DNA of 64,000 nt from Bacteroidales bacterium (GCA_035527935.1 DATKZO010000048.1:58690-122689); one strand, 5' to 3'. Counted from the stretch's first letter, positions 36,364 through 44,570 are shown. A program made the numbers and translations. Notes: generated by a model not told the origin, from the letters alone.

Positions 36364-36795
36364 TCATATCTTGCGATTCAATGATTCCATGCGCTTCTCC
36401 AACTCCTTAAATCTTTCATGCATCTGCTTTTCAAGATGCTCCATCCTCTCCCCGAATTCTTCAAGGAATTGCTCATCAATTCTGAAATCAGGTATACTGA
36501 AATCATAATCATACCCAAACTCAAAATCGCGATAAAATCCATGCAATCTGAATGTGGGAATATCAAAATAGAAATAGTTTTTATCTGCCCAGCGTTCAGG
36601 TTTTTCATATTCCTGTCCTGATTCCAGTGCCTCAAGAATGTTCAGCATTGAGTTCCTGCTATCAGGACCCTGGGCCTTTGTATCCTCCCTCCCGGTAATA
36701 TCCTGTGGGGGGTAGCCGAATGAGGTGAAACCGACAACCGATACCATCAGTATGGCAGTTGTAATTAATCTGGTAATATTTCTGCTTGTGTTCAT
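36364..36795 (-). CDS. Hypothetical small secreted/anchored protein with C-terminal coiled-coil-like tail
   Basis: I prefer the start MNTSRNITRLITTAILMVSVVGFTS (ATG at 36795) over the track start at 36882, which lies inside repeat copy B. It has an aromatic/acidic core and a KELEKRMESLNRKI tail. Confidence 0.55.
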   Translation of the reverse strand: MNTSRNITRLITTAILMVSVVGFTSFGYPPQDITGREDTKAQGPDSRNSMLNILEALESGQEYEKPERWADKNYFYFDIPTFRLHGFYRDFEFGYDYDFSIPDFRIDEQFLEEFGERMEHLEKQMHERFKELEKRMESLNRKI

Positions 36796-36844
36796 AGCTA
36801 GAGTTATTAGTCTGTTTTGATCGAATCTTCTCGCGGCAAGCTGC

Positions 36845-36906
36845 ACTGCCCGGCTTGGGTTTGTACGAGGATTCATATACATGACCCTTCAGCAGCTAAT
36901 AACCCT
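36845..36906. repeat. 62-bp dispersed direct repeat, copy B
   Basis: ACTGCCCGGCTTGGGTTTGTACGAGGATTCATATACATGACCCTTCAGCAGCTAATAACCCT. It has the same orientation as copy A and starts exactly 700 bp downstream of it. Confidence 0.85.
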
Positions 36907-36949
36907 GGAGGATTCTTCGATCCCTTTAATTAATTTGTTTTCCTTGCTC

Positions 36950-37065
36950 TCTAATCCCGCCGCGAGCATCGGTGAACCGAGTTTACGAGCTCGGCGATTT
37001 CGTCGGACCCAGCCCCGGGAAATCGGGGTGAAGTTCGAATCCAATACGCTTGCCGGGATTCACAA
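36950..37065. ncRNA. GC-rich, hairpin-dense intergenic island; candidate structured RNA or 5' leader (strand unresolved, family unknown)
   Basis: Local hairpins are CCGAG(36977-81)/CTCGG(36990-94) and CCCCG(37013-17)/CGGGG(37024-28). The 12-nt segment at 36830-36841 can pair with 36959-36966 (8 bp) or with 37048-37055 (8 bp), but not both. No convincing ORF is present. Confidence 0.3.
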
Positions 37066-37151
37066 GGTAAATTAATGAAATATTCTGCTTCGCTTTGCTT
37101 AATGCAATGTTAAAGTATAAGGATTAATCACACTTTTTGGTTAACAAAAAT

Positions 37152-38045
37152 TTACACTCGTGTGAGCTGGGGCCAGCCTTTTCTGATTTTTTCAACTTTC
37201 AGCCGTAATGGTTCTCCTGAAGCAAAGGTGTGAGTGGTCTTGATCCTGTGATTGTAACCGTATAGATCGGTAACAATTGCAATATGTTTAGTTCTGCCGG
37301 CAATTGTAATTACTTCCTTAACAGTAAAATCATATACTTCACCAATCTTAAAGAATGGATTCTCGGGCTCAATCCTTATGTTGGTATTTTTTCTGTATCT
37401 GATGAATCTGCCTCTGAATTCCGATCCCTTTTTCAAACCATAGTGTTTATAGTATTCATATGGGAGGCTATGTTTGATTCCCGATGGGCTGGTCACGAGG
37501 AAATATGATCTGCCATCAATACCCTTAACCACATCATCTATTTGAAAAAGGGTATAACTCTCCTCTTCGGATTCGATGGTTCTTTTCTCATCTCTGGTTC
37601 CTGCCACAATAATCTGACCCTTTGTAATTCTTTCTATTAACAAGCTGATAGTATCGCCTGGTGATATCTCTCGGTCTCCAATATATTCATCAGGAATAAC
37701 TACCTCTGCACCTGCCACTCCGGAGGCTACGATCACGCCATGTGGCCTTCCTGACCTATCGATCCTGATATCCCTCTCAGTAATGGTGAATTCATATTTT
37801 TCCCCTTCCCTGTAATATGGATGTTCCGGCTCAAGATATACCTCACCGTTACAATTTATTTTATCTACCCTGCAATGAATTGTCCCGTCAAGAATAATGT
37901 TGTATCCGTAATACCTGGCTGACGGGATCAGATATCGTCTGTTGTCAGGTCCTTTAAGAACAAAATAGGTTTCCTCTTCAAATCTGACTGTCTTGGTTAC
38001 CTGGAAAATATACTTCTTACCCTCTTCAAGTCTCATTTTCATCAA
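37152..38045 (-). CDS. Hypothetical protein made of two homologous halves (beta-rich, OB/SH3-like by composition)
   Basis: 297 aa. The internal duplication is visible by eye: YFVLKGPDNRRYLIPSARYYGYNI...VYLEPEHPYYREGEKYEFTI versus YFLVTSPSGIKHSLPYEYYKHYGL...IRIEPENPFFKIGEVYDFTV. Its start overlaps the cls stop by 4 nt. Confidence 0.6.
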   Translation of the reverse strand: MMKMRLEEGKKYIFQVTKTVRFEEETYFVLKGPDNRRYLIPSARYYGYNIILDGTIHCRVDKINCNGEVYLEPEHPYYREGEKYEFTITERDIRIDRSGRPHGVIVASGVAGAEVVIPDEYIGDREISPGDTISLLIERITKGQIIVAGTRDEKRTIESEEESYTLFQIDDVVKGIDGRSYFLVTSPSGIKHSLPYEYYKHYGLKKGSEFRGRFIRYRKNTNIRIEPENPFFKIGEVYDFTVKEVITIAGRTKHIAIVTDLYGYNHRIKTTHTFASGEPLRLKVEKIRKGWPQLTRV

Positions 38046-39514
38046 TATAACGGTCCCAGTATTCTGGCAAGTGATTCTTTGTATTTCTCGCTTCTCCGTC
38101 TGCCTGGCCAGAGATCGGGCAATACCTCATTACAGTCCTTAAGGTCTTCCATGAACACATTATGCAGCCTATGTGCGAATTGTTCATCATATATCAATGC
38201 CGCAACTTCAAAATTAAGGTCAAAGCTGCGCATATCAACATTCACTGAACCAACAGAGGCAAATACATCATCAACAATAATGTATTTTGAATGATTAAAC
38301 CCACCATAGTAGAGATATATGCTGACGCCAGCCTCAAGCAATTCGGAAATATATGATCTGGTATTCCAATTTCCGATCACCGAATCGCTCTTTCCCGGAA
38401 GAATTATTCTCACATCAAGTCCTTCCAGTCCGGCAGTTTTCAAAGCGGTAAGGATGCTTTCATTCGGAGAGAAATATGGAGTACAAAGGTAAATATACCT
38501 GCTGGCTGTGGCAATTGATGAAAAATATACCTGCATGATGTTTGCCCAGTCGCTGTCAGGGCCGCTTGATGCCACCTGTACCCAGCAATTTCCACTGACC
38601 TGATGTTTTTTCAGATATTTCTCATCCTTTGTCAGTATCTCACTGCTTACAAAGTACCAGTCGACAAGGAACAGGCGGTTCATTGCTCCTACTGCATCTC
38701 CCCGTATCTCCAGGTGGGTATCCCGCCAGGGTCCGATCTCTTCAAGACCCTTAATATATTTATCTGCAATATTCAACCCTCCAATAAATCCTCTTTTACC
38801 ATCAACTACCAGGATTTTCCTGTGATTCCTGTAATTTATCTTGTTGGTCAGAAGCGGAAATTTCACTGGCATGAAGGGAAATAACCTGACACCTGCCTTT
38901 CTCATTTCCCTGATATACTTTCTTTTGAAACTCCAGCTTCCTACATCATCCATAATTATCCTGACCTCCACTCCCTGCCTTGCTTTTTCGATTAAAAGAT
39001 GTCTGAATATATTACCTGTTTCATCAATATCGAATCTGTAAAACTCCAGGTGTACATAATCTGTTGCTGAGCTGATTGCTTCAAGCATAGCCGGGAATGC
39101 TTCATTGGCATTCTGAAGAAGCGTTACCTCATTATTTTCAGTCAGCATTGCCCGTTCATTGTTGAGCATAAGTGTCATCAGGTGAGATTTTGACCTTATA
39201 CTTTCACTCTTCTCCACTAACTTGCTGCTCAATGACTCGATCTGCTCTATTGCAAGGCGGGATAAATATTCGGAATCGACGACTCCCTTACGGTTGAAGA
39301 TCTTCTTTTTTCTATAACTCTGGCCAAAGAAGAGATATAAACCAATCCCAAATACCGGAATGAGCAATATTACAAGAACCCAGGCGAGTGTTTTTTCAGG
39401 TGGTCTGTTCTCAAAAATTATGATCAGGCATAGAAAGAGCATGGTTACAAGATATATAACCGACAAAATAAGCGTCACCGGGTGAAAACCTATTTTTGTG
39501 AGAGTCTCCATCAT
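38042..39514 (-). CDS. cls: Cardiolipin synthase (ClsA type)
   Basis: 490 aa with two N-terminal TM helices and two HKD motifs (HRKILVVDGKRGFIGGLN and HSKYIIVDDVFASVGSVN). Confidence 0.9.
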   Translation of the reverse strand: MMETLTKIGFHPVTLILSVIYLVTMLFLCLIIIFENRPPEKTLAWVLVILLIPVFGIGLYLFFGQSYRKKKIFNRKGVVDSEYLSRLAIEQIESLSSKLVEKSESIRSKSHLMTLMLNNERAMLTENNEVTLLQNANEAFPAMLEAISSATDYVHLEFYRFDIDETGNIFRHLLIEKARQGVEVRIIMDDVGSWSFKRKYIREMRKAGVRLFPFMPVKFPLLTNKINYRNHRKILVVDGKRGFIGGLNIADKYIKGLEEIGPWRDTHLEIRGDAVGAMNRLFLVDWYFVSSEILTKDEKYLKKHQVSGNCWVQVASSGPDSDWANIMQVYFSSIATASRYIYLCTPYFSPNESILTALKTAGLEGLDVRIILPGKSDSVIGNWNTRSYISELLEAGVSIYLYYGGFNHSKYIIVDDVFASVGSVNVDMRSFDLNFEVAALIYDEQFAHRLHNVFMEDLKDCNEVLPDLWPGRRRSEKYKESLARILGPLY

Positions 39515-39530
39515 TTATAGGGTTCGACCT

Positions 39531-39571
39531 ATAAAAATAAAAAACTCTCCTGTAATTACTACAGGAGAGTT
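39531..39571 (-). terminator. Rho-independent terminator after the 39597-40208 gene
   Basis: On the minus strand, AACTCTCCTGTA-gtaat-TACAGGAGAGTT (12-bp stem) is followed by TTTTATTTTTAT. Confidence 0.8.
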
Positions 39572-39596
39572 CCGTAATATTTCTAATATAATAAAA

Positions 39597-40208
39597 CTAG
39601 AACATAATACCTGCACTAAGTACAATGGCATTTGCTCTCCCGTCGAGTGTGAATGTTTCAGTCCCGACAGTCATCTCATTTCCAAAGTTATTCAGTCCGC
39701 CTTCATATCTTACATCAAGAGTAAGCTTCTTGAAAAGGTCGACTCCAAGACCTGCCTGGTATCCGAATGTAGCATTCTTATAGAGATTTTCTGCGTCAGT
39801 CACAAGGTCACCTGGTGAACTTATTACCACTGAGGCTACCGGCCCGGCCATAATTCTTAGTGGACCCAACTTCACCCCAAGCATAACCGGAACATCAAGC
39901 CTGTTGAACTTTTGCTCCTTAACTGTTTCAGCTCCCAGATCATCTGTAACAGTTAAATTATTTTCAGACATTGAGAATAAAACTTCAGGTTGAACCATTA
40001 TTCCCAGCATTGACAATCTAAAAAAAGCTCCACCATGAAAACCCCAGGTTGCCTCTTTTGCAGCTTCAAGTGTATTTCCTGCGTTGATGTCTGCCACAGG
40101 CAGCTCAAAAGTATTGGATGAAGCTCCTGCTTTCAAGCCCCAGCTGAACTGAGCAAAAGCACCAGTTGACAGAACAACTGATAATAGTACTAAAATGATC
40201 TTTTTCAT
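39597..40208 (-). CDS. Outer membrane beta-barrel protein (small porin/OmpW-like family)
   Basis: 203 aa. It has a signal peptide ending GAFAQ, alternating beta-strand pattern and a C-terminal SAGIMF. Confidence 0.7.
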   Translation of the reverse strand: MKKIILVLLSVVLSTGAFAQFSWGLKAGASSNTFELPVADINAGNTLEAAKEATWGFHGGAFFRLSMLGIMVQPEVLFSMSENNLTVTDDLGAETVKEQKFNRLDVPVMLGVKLGPLRIMAGPVASVVISSPGDLVTDAENLYKNATFGYQAGLGVDLFKKLTLDVRYEGGLNNFGNEMTVGTETFTLDGRANAIVLSAGIMF

Positions 40209-40274
40209 ACTAATTCATTTTTGTTTATAATAATATGACAGCAACCAGCGTCAAAAGGTTGCTTTCCCCTTTAA

Positions 40275-40958
40275 TTAATCATTAAACTTATATCCTACAC
40301 CTTTTATTGTCTGTATATGCTCTCCCCCGATTTTTTCCCTCAATTTCCTGATATGTACATCTATAGTCCTGTCTCCGACAATAATATCCTCACCCCAGAC
40401 CTTTTGAAAAATTTCGATCCGTGTAAACACCTTACCTGGTTTTGATATCAGCAGGGAAAGCAGTTCAAATTCCTTTCTGGGGAGGTTTACCTCTTGTTCA
40501 TCTATCATTATTAAAAACCTTTCCCTGTTCAATACGATATTGCCAGAACTAAGAACCTCATTGCCTGCATTTACCGCATCTGTTCTGTAACGGCGCATCA
40601 ATGCCTTTATCCTGCTTACAAGCAACTTAGGTTTTACAGGCTTGATGATATAATCATCCCCTCCTGCTTCAAAACCGGCAATCTGGGAAAAATCCTCACT
40701 TCGGGCAGTAAGAAAGCAGATAATTGCAGAATCCATTTCGGGATAACTCCTGATACGCTCACATGCCTCAACACCATCCATCCCTGGCATCATAACATCC
40801 AGCAGTATAAGATTGGGGCGCTCTGTGATCGCAAGTTTAACTCCGGATGCTCCATCAGATGCGGTTATTACATCAAACCCCTCCTTGTGCAGGGTATAGG
40901 AAAGGAACTCCCTGATATCAGGCTCATCATCAACCAGAAGTATTTTGAATTGAGACAC
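40275..40958 (-). CDS. Response regulator transcription factor, OmpR/PhoB family
   Basis: 227 aa. The receiver domain has LLVDDEPDI and DVMMPGMDG, and the winged-helix output has RTIDVHIRKLREKI and GVGYKF. Confidence 0.9.
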   Translation of the reverse strand: MSQFKILLVDDEPDIREFLSYTLHKEGFDVITASDGASGVKLAITERPNLILLDVMMPGMDGVEACERIRSYPEMDSAIICFLTARSEDFSQIAGFEAGGDDYIIKPVKPKLLVSRIKALMRRYRTDAVNAGNEVLSSGNIVLNRERFLIMIDEQEVNLPRKEFELLSLLISKPGKVFTRIEIFQKVWGEDIIVGDRTIDVHIRKLREKIGGEHIQTIKGVGYKFND

Positions 40959-40966
40959 TCTTCAGT

Positions 40967-41515
40967 TTATTTCTTATTCCTGGCTAGTTCTGCAAATAAG
41001 ACCTCCTTCATCTGATCAAATTCCTCACGTTCAAATAGTCTGGTGAGGAAAATGATCTTACCATTCCGGTCAATTATCACATTTCGGGTGACGCCTGCTT
41101 TCTTATCAGAAAACAATCCGAATATTTCAGCCCCCGGATCAAGCGCCAGTGGGTAGGTAACACCAATATCCGACTTGAATTTCCTTACTGTTTCAACCGG
41201 CTCATCTCTGTCTATTCCAATAACAACCATGCCATCATCCTTCTTGGCTTTCCATATCTCATCCTCAATAAAAGGCATCTCTCTGCGACACACAACACAC
41301 CAGCTAGCAGTAAACTGAAGCATCACAACCTTTCCTTTCAGATCAGAGAGACGGTATTCATTGCCATCGGATTCAGTGATTATAAAATCGGGAGCACCAT
41401 CTCCTACTCTGACATAATATCCATGTTCATAGACCTCCCTGTCCTGCGGATAGATTATATTTAAGCTACCCAACAAAACCAACAGAAACGCGACAGGGAG
41501 AAGTTTTATTTTCAT
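40967..41515 (-). CDS. TlpA-family thiol:disulfide oxidoreductase (thioredoxin fold), secreted
   Basis: 182 aa with a signal peptide and a WCVVC (CxxC) active site in FTASWCVVCRREMP. Confidence 0.85.
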   Translation of the reverse strand: MKIKLLPVAFLLVLLGSLNIIYPQDREVYEHGYYVRVGDGAPDFIITESDGNEYRLSDLKGKVVMLQFTASWCVVCRREMPFIEDEIWKAKKDDGMVVIGIDRDEPVETVRKFKSDIGVTYPLALDPGAEIFGLFSDKKAGVTRNVIIDRNGKIIFLTRLFEREEFDQMKEVLFAELARNKK

Positions 41516-41630
41516 ATTATAAGGTTATAGGTAGTAACAATATTTTTTATTGCCACCAAATATATTAATTAAATACAAGATTCAGGATTGTCACATAATA
41601 ATTATCACCTGGTCACATTATAGTCAAATC

Positions 41631-42197
41631 TCAGTAAAGATCCTCAATCTCACCGATCTCTTCAACGATTATCTTCTTGAGCTTAAATGATATAAAGATT
41701 TGCAGTGCACCATATATTAATGCGAACAGACCAAGTATGATCAGGAATCCCCGTGCACCTTCAAGAGGATTAAAAAGGAGAAGGATTCCAAGAATAATTG
41801 AAAAAATTCCAGCAAATATGAATATCAGATTTCCTGAAACATAATGCTGAATGTTTATTGCAGTAATCAGTTGTATTAATCCCATAATGATTATCCATAT
41901 TGCAAGTATAACAATTGCAACTGACACTACTTCCCCTGGCCATAATGCAATTAATAATCCGATTATCACATCGATAATACCTTCAAATAGCCACCATGTC
42001 CATTCGAAATTATATTTTCGATGGGTAATTGATCCTGCTATTAGCGAAATCCCGCTTACAAACAGGAATGCACCGATAATATAGCAAATTGGAAGAAGTG
42101 CAAAATCGGGAAAAAGGAGAACGAATAAACCTGATAAGCAGATCAGTATCCCCTTAATTAGCATGAACCACCAGTTTCTGTAAGGTTTAGTTCTCAT
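41631..42197 (-). CDS. HdeD/DUF308 family membrane protein
   Basis: It starts MRTKPYRNWWFMLIKGILICLSG (ATG at 42197). It has six hydrophobic helices with the repeated G-rich DUF308 pattern. Confidence 0.65.
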   Translation of the reverse strand: MRTKPYRNWWFMLIKGILICLSGLFVLLFPDFALLPICYIIGAFLFVSGISLIAGSITHRKYNFEWTWWLFEGIIDVIIGLLIALWPGEVVSVAIVILAIWIIIMGLIQLITAINIQHYVSGNLIFIFAGIFSIILGILLLFNPLEGARGFLIILGLFALIYGALQIFISFKLKKIIVEEIGEIEDLY

Positions 42198-42309
42198 AAC
42201 ATAATGATACAAAATATATTACAATATAATAAATATTTTTAATTATGAAAATTTATATTTTCAATTCATTCAATTGTGAGTATTATTTATTTGATTTATT
42301 TTTTGTTAA

Positions 42310-42636
42310 ATGATTCTCCGGGCAGGAGAGGATAAGGGTTTGCCCGGATCAAGGTATTATACGGAGAAACCAACGGTTCCTCAATTAAAAATCAGGCTTA
42401 ATGTAAACTTCGACAAGATCTCAAGGTATATCAGCGACGATGAACATGAAAAGGTGACAATGACCTATAGCGAAACATGCCCGGAATTCAAAGGTAATAC
42501 TGAAAAAAATATCTCATAGTATAATATTGAACCGGACACTGACTTTCAACCCTCTTCAAATCCGCCGGGAGGTAGCGGTCACCGTTCATTCGTTACCAGG
42601 GATATTCCGGTAATGAGGTTTAAGCAATTAATATGA
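42310..42636 (+). pseudogene. M28 family aminopeptidase remnant (5'-truncated, in-frame TAG at 42517)
   Basis: A single frame reads RAGEDKGLPGSRYYTEKPTVPQLKIRLNVNFDKISRY (compare the M28 pattern gEE.GLlGS.yy...P...k....lN.DMig). After the stop it reads NPPGGSGHRSFVTRDIPVMRF (compare SDH.sF...gIPv..f). No N-terminal half is present upstream. Confidence 0.55.
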
Positions 42637-42835
42637 CAGGTAAGGTTATTGAAAACAGTCTTTCTATAAGTAGAAAAGGGAGATACACTCTGAAAATGAG
42701 AGTGAGACAGAACGATGATATCTTTTCAATAATCATAAATGTATCGCGGAACGGATACTGTAACGTCAGCCTGACGCATCCCCGGATCGATTAAATAAGA
42801 TATCGTGGGCAGATTTCTCTCCCTGGATAATGATC

Positions 42836-43564
42836 CTAAAAGAGGTAATGAAGGCCAAGTGATATGTGAAGGACATCGATCTTCACCTCCTGCTGTTTGA
42901 TTTCAATAACAGTCCCTATAAGGCCATCAACATCAAGTTCAAAGTCATATCTTGAATTAGTACTGAAGTAGTCGGCACTTAGTTTCAACGAGCTGCCCCT
43001 GTTAAGTTTAAACATCAGACTCCCTCCGTACATATAACCCAGCGACAAACTGGATCCATCTGCCAGCAAATTAATTTCATCAAAGTCGTCAACGTACCCG
43101 ATCTCCATCCTGGGGTATATAAGAAGTGATCCACCACCCATTACCCTGACACCGGCCTGGAATCGACCAACCTCCACTGCCAGCTCCGGACCAGCCATGA
43201 TATTGAAGTAGTTCCAGAATCCGGAGGAGATATCAAATTCCTCTTCCATTGGAACACTGAGACCTGCAAATGAGGGATTAGTTGAAAGGTACTGCACAAA
43301 GTTGGTCAGATAACTGTCCCTGTCAGGATATATTGATCCAAATCCAACAAGACCTCCAAATCCAACAAATCTGACGGGGAAATAGATGCCATCAAACTGA
43401 ATTGAAAAACCATTCAAGGCATACCCGCTGGTCGCGAGATTAGTGGTGGCTTCAAAATCATTTTTTGGCATACTGCTGCCAAGGTTTATTCCAAAATATG
43501 AATCCTGGGCTGGCAACTCCAGTACCAATAAAAACAGCAGTCCCGATAGCATGAAACTCTTCAT
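42836..43564 (-). CDS. Hypothetical outer-membrane beta-barrel protein
   Basis: It starts MKSFMLSGLLFLLVLELPAQD (ATG at 43564). It has Gly/aromatic-rich alternating strands and a C-terminal LGLHYLF. Confidence 0.6.
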   Translation of the reverse strand: MKSFMLSGLLFLLVLELPAQDSYFGINLGSSMPKNDFEATTNLATSGYALNGFSIQFDGIYFPVRFVGFGGLVGFGSIYPDRDSYLTNFVQYLSTNPSFAGLSVPMEEEFDISSGFWNYFNIMAGPELAVEVGRFQAGVRVMGGGSLLIYPRMEIGYVDDFDEINLLADGSSLSLGYMYGGSLMFKLNRGSSLKLSADYFSTNSRYDFELDVDGLIGTVIEIKQQEVKIDVLHISLGLHYLF

Positions 43565-43601
43565 AGTTCTTTCGATAATTTTCACAAATATAATCAAATA
43601 A

Positions 43602-43967
43602 TCAGTGCTCCAGAACAGAGCTATTCTTAACTATCCTGACATAATCCTCATCCAGCTTTATATATCCAAATTCATAGCAATACCGGCACTCCGGCCCTTT
43701 TTCGGGCTCAACCAGATGAGTAAAGAAGGTGAATGAGTAGCCTGAAACAATTAGTGCATCTATGTGTACCTTCACCCTGCCATTATCATACAGGTCGGAC
43801 ATTATTCGCCTGTTATTCCGCAGGATGTTATGTACGCTCCTTACAAGGTTATTGGCCTCCCTGTTGAGCTTGTTATTGAAATTATTCCTGCACTGGTCGG
43901 AGCAGAACTTCTTGTCAGAGCGCCCTCTTATGCGAATGCCACAGTCGAGACATGTTCTTCCGGACAT
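43602..43967 (-). CDS. Hypothetical protein with N-terminal zinc-ribbon (CLDC...CSDQC)
   Basis: 121 aa. It has CLDCGIRIRGRSDKKFCSDQCRNNFNN followed by a basic helix. I recognised no family. Confidence 0.55.
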   Translation of the reverse strand: MSGRTCLDCGIRIRGRSDKKFCSDQCRNNFNNKLNREANNLVRSVHNILRNNRRIMSDLYDNGRVKVHIDALIVSGYSFTFFTHLVEPEKGPECRYCYEFGYIKLDEDYVRIVKNSSVLEH

Positions 43968-44103
43968 TTTCCCTTTTTCTTATAAAGATATAAATTATAT
44001 CATTTAGTGATGATTATCAGAAGCATAAATGATTTAACCGATTATAATCGTTTGCTAAACGTATATAATTATTTATCTACCGACTTGGTACACATCCGTA
44101 TAC

Positions 44104-44111
44104 TAAGTTTG
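44104..44111 (+). promoter_or_regulatory. Candidate Bacteroidota -7 promoter box (TAAGTTTG)
   Basis: This matches TAnnTTTG 40 nt upstream of the ssb ATG. Confidence 0.35.
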
Positions 44112-44150
44112 TAATGTGAAGAATAATATGTCAAACTAAAATTCTGAGTT

Positions 44151-44510
44151 ATGTCAACAATCAACAACAAAGTAACGCTAATCGGGAATCTTGGCAAAGA
44201 TCCTGAGGTAAAGGACCTTGATGGTGGTCGCAAAGTAGCAAAATTTACTGTTGCAACAACCGAAAGCTATAAAAATGAAACAGGTGACAAGATCAGTGAA
44301 ACCTCCTGGCATAATGTTATTGCCTGGAACGGACTTGCAACCATTGCGGAAAAGTATCTAAAGAAGGGACGAGAAGTGGCTGTTGAAGGAAGAATATCCT
44401 ATAGGAACTGGGAGGATAAGGAGGGTATTAAGAGATATTTCACAGAAATAATTCTGAGTCAGATACATCTTCTAAGAAATGGTGAGACAAATGTCCTCAC
44501 CGGTAAATGA
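44151..44510 (+). CDS. ssb: Single-stranded DNA-binding protein, short form lacking acidic C-terminal tip
   Basis: 119 aa with an OB-fold SSB pattern (NKVTLIGNLGKDPE, TSWHNVIAWNGLA, KGREVAVEGRISYRNWEDKEG). It ends ...NGETNVLTGK with no D/E-rich IPF-type tail. Confidence 0.85.
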   Translation: MSTINNKVTLIGNLGKDPEVKDLDGGRKVAKFTVATTESYKNETGDKISETSWHNVIAWNGLATIAEKYLKKGREVAVEGRISYRNWEDKEGIKRYFTEIILSQIHLLRNGETNVLTGK

Positions 44511-44539
44511 TAGCTTCGCTGATCATCTCCCGCTGTAGT

Positions 44540-44570
44540 GGCCCATTCGAGACTAAATTCGCAATGGGCC
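44540..44570 (+). terminator. Candidate terminator hairpin after ssb
   Basis: GGCCCATT ... AATGGGCC is an 8-bp stem with a 15-nt loop that can pair further, followed by ATTATTACTT. The U-tract is weak. Confidence 0.3.

Noticed and set aside
36076-36906. Idea that the 62-bp repeats are integron attC sites flanking a cassette.
   Set aside because: There are no RYYYAAC/GTTRRRY core sites at the ends. Only copy A has an inverted partner. No integrase is in the window.
37030-37060. GTTCGAATCC, a tRNA T-loop-like string.
   Set aside because: The flanking 5-mers do not pair as a T-stem on either strand, and I could build no acceptor or anticodon arms.
36881-37075. 64-aa + strand ORF (MTLQQLITLEDSS...) covering repeat copy B and the GC-rich island.
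   Set aside because: In repeat copy A the equivalent frame stops after 5 codons (MTIQQ-stop). The rest is Arg/Pro-rich, as expected from translating GC-rich structured DNA.
38042-39514. PLD/HKD protein considered as a possible defence nuclease.
   Set aside because: Two N-terminal TM helices, two canonical HKD motifs and the overall length match housekeeping ClsA cardiolipin synthase.
42761-42775. 13-bp palindrome CGTCAGCCTGACG downstream of the M28 remnant.
   Set aside because: It is isolated, has no obvious promoter context, and lies in probable pseudogene debris.
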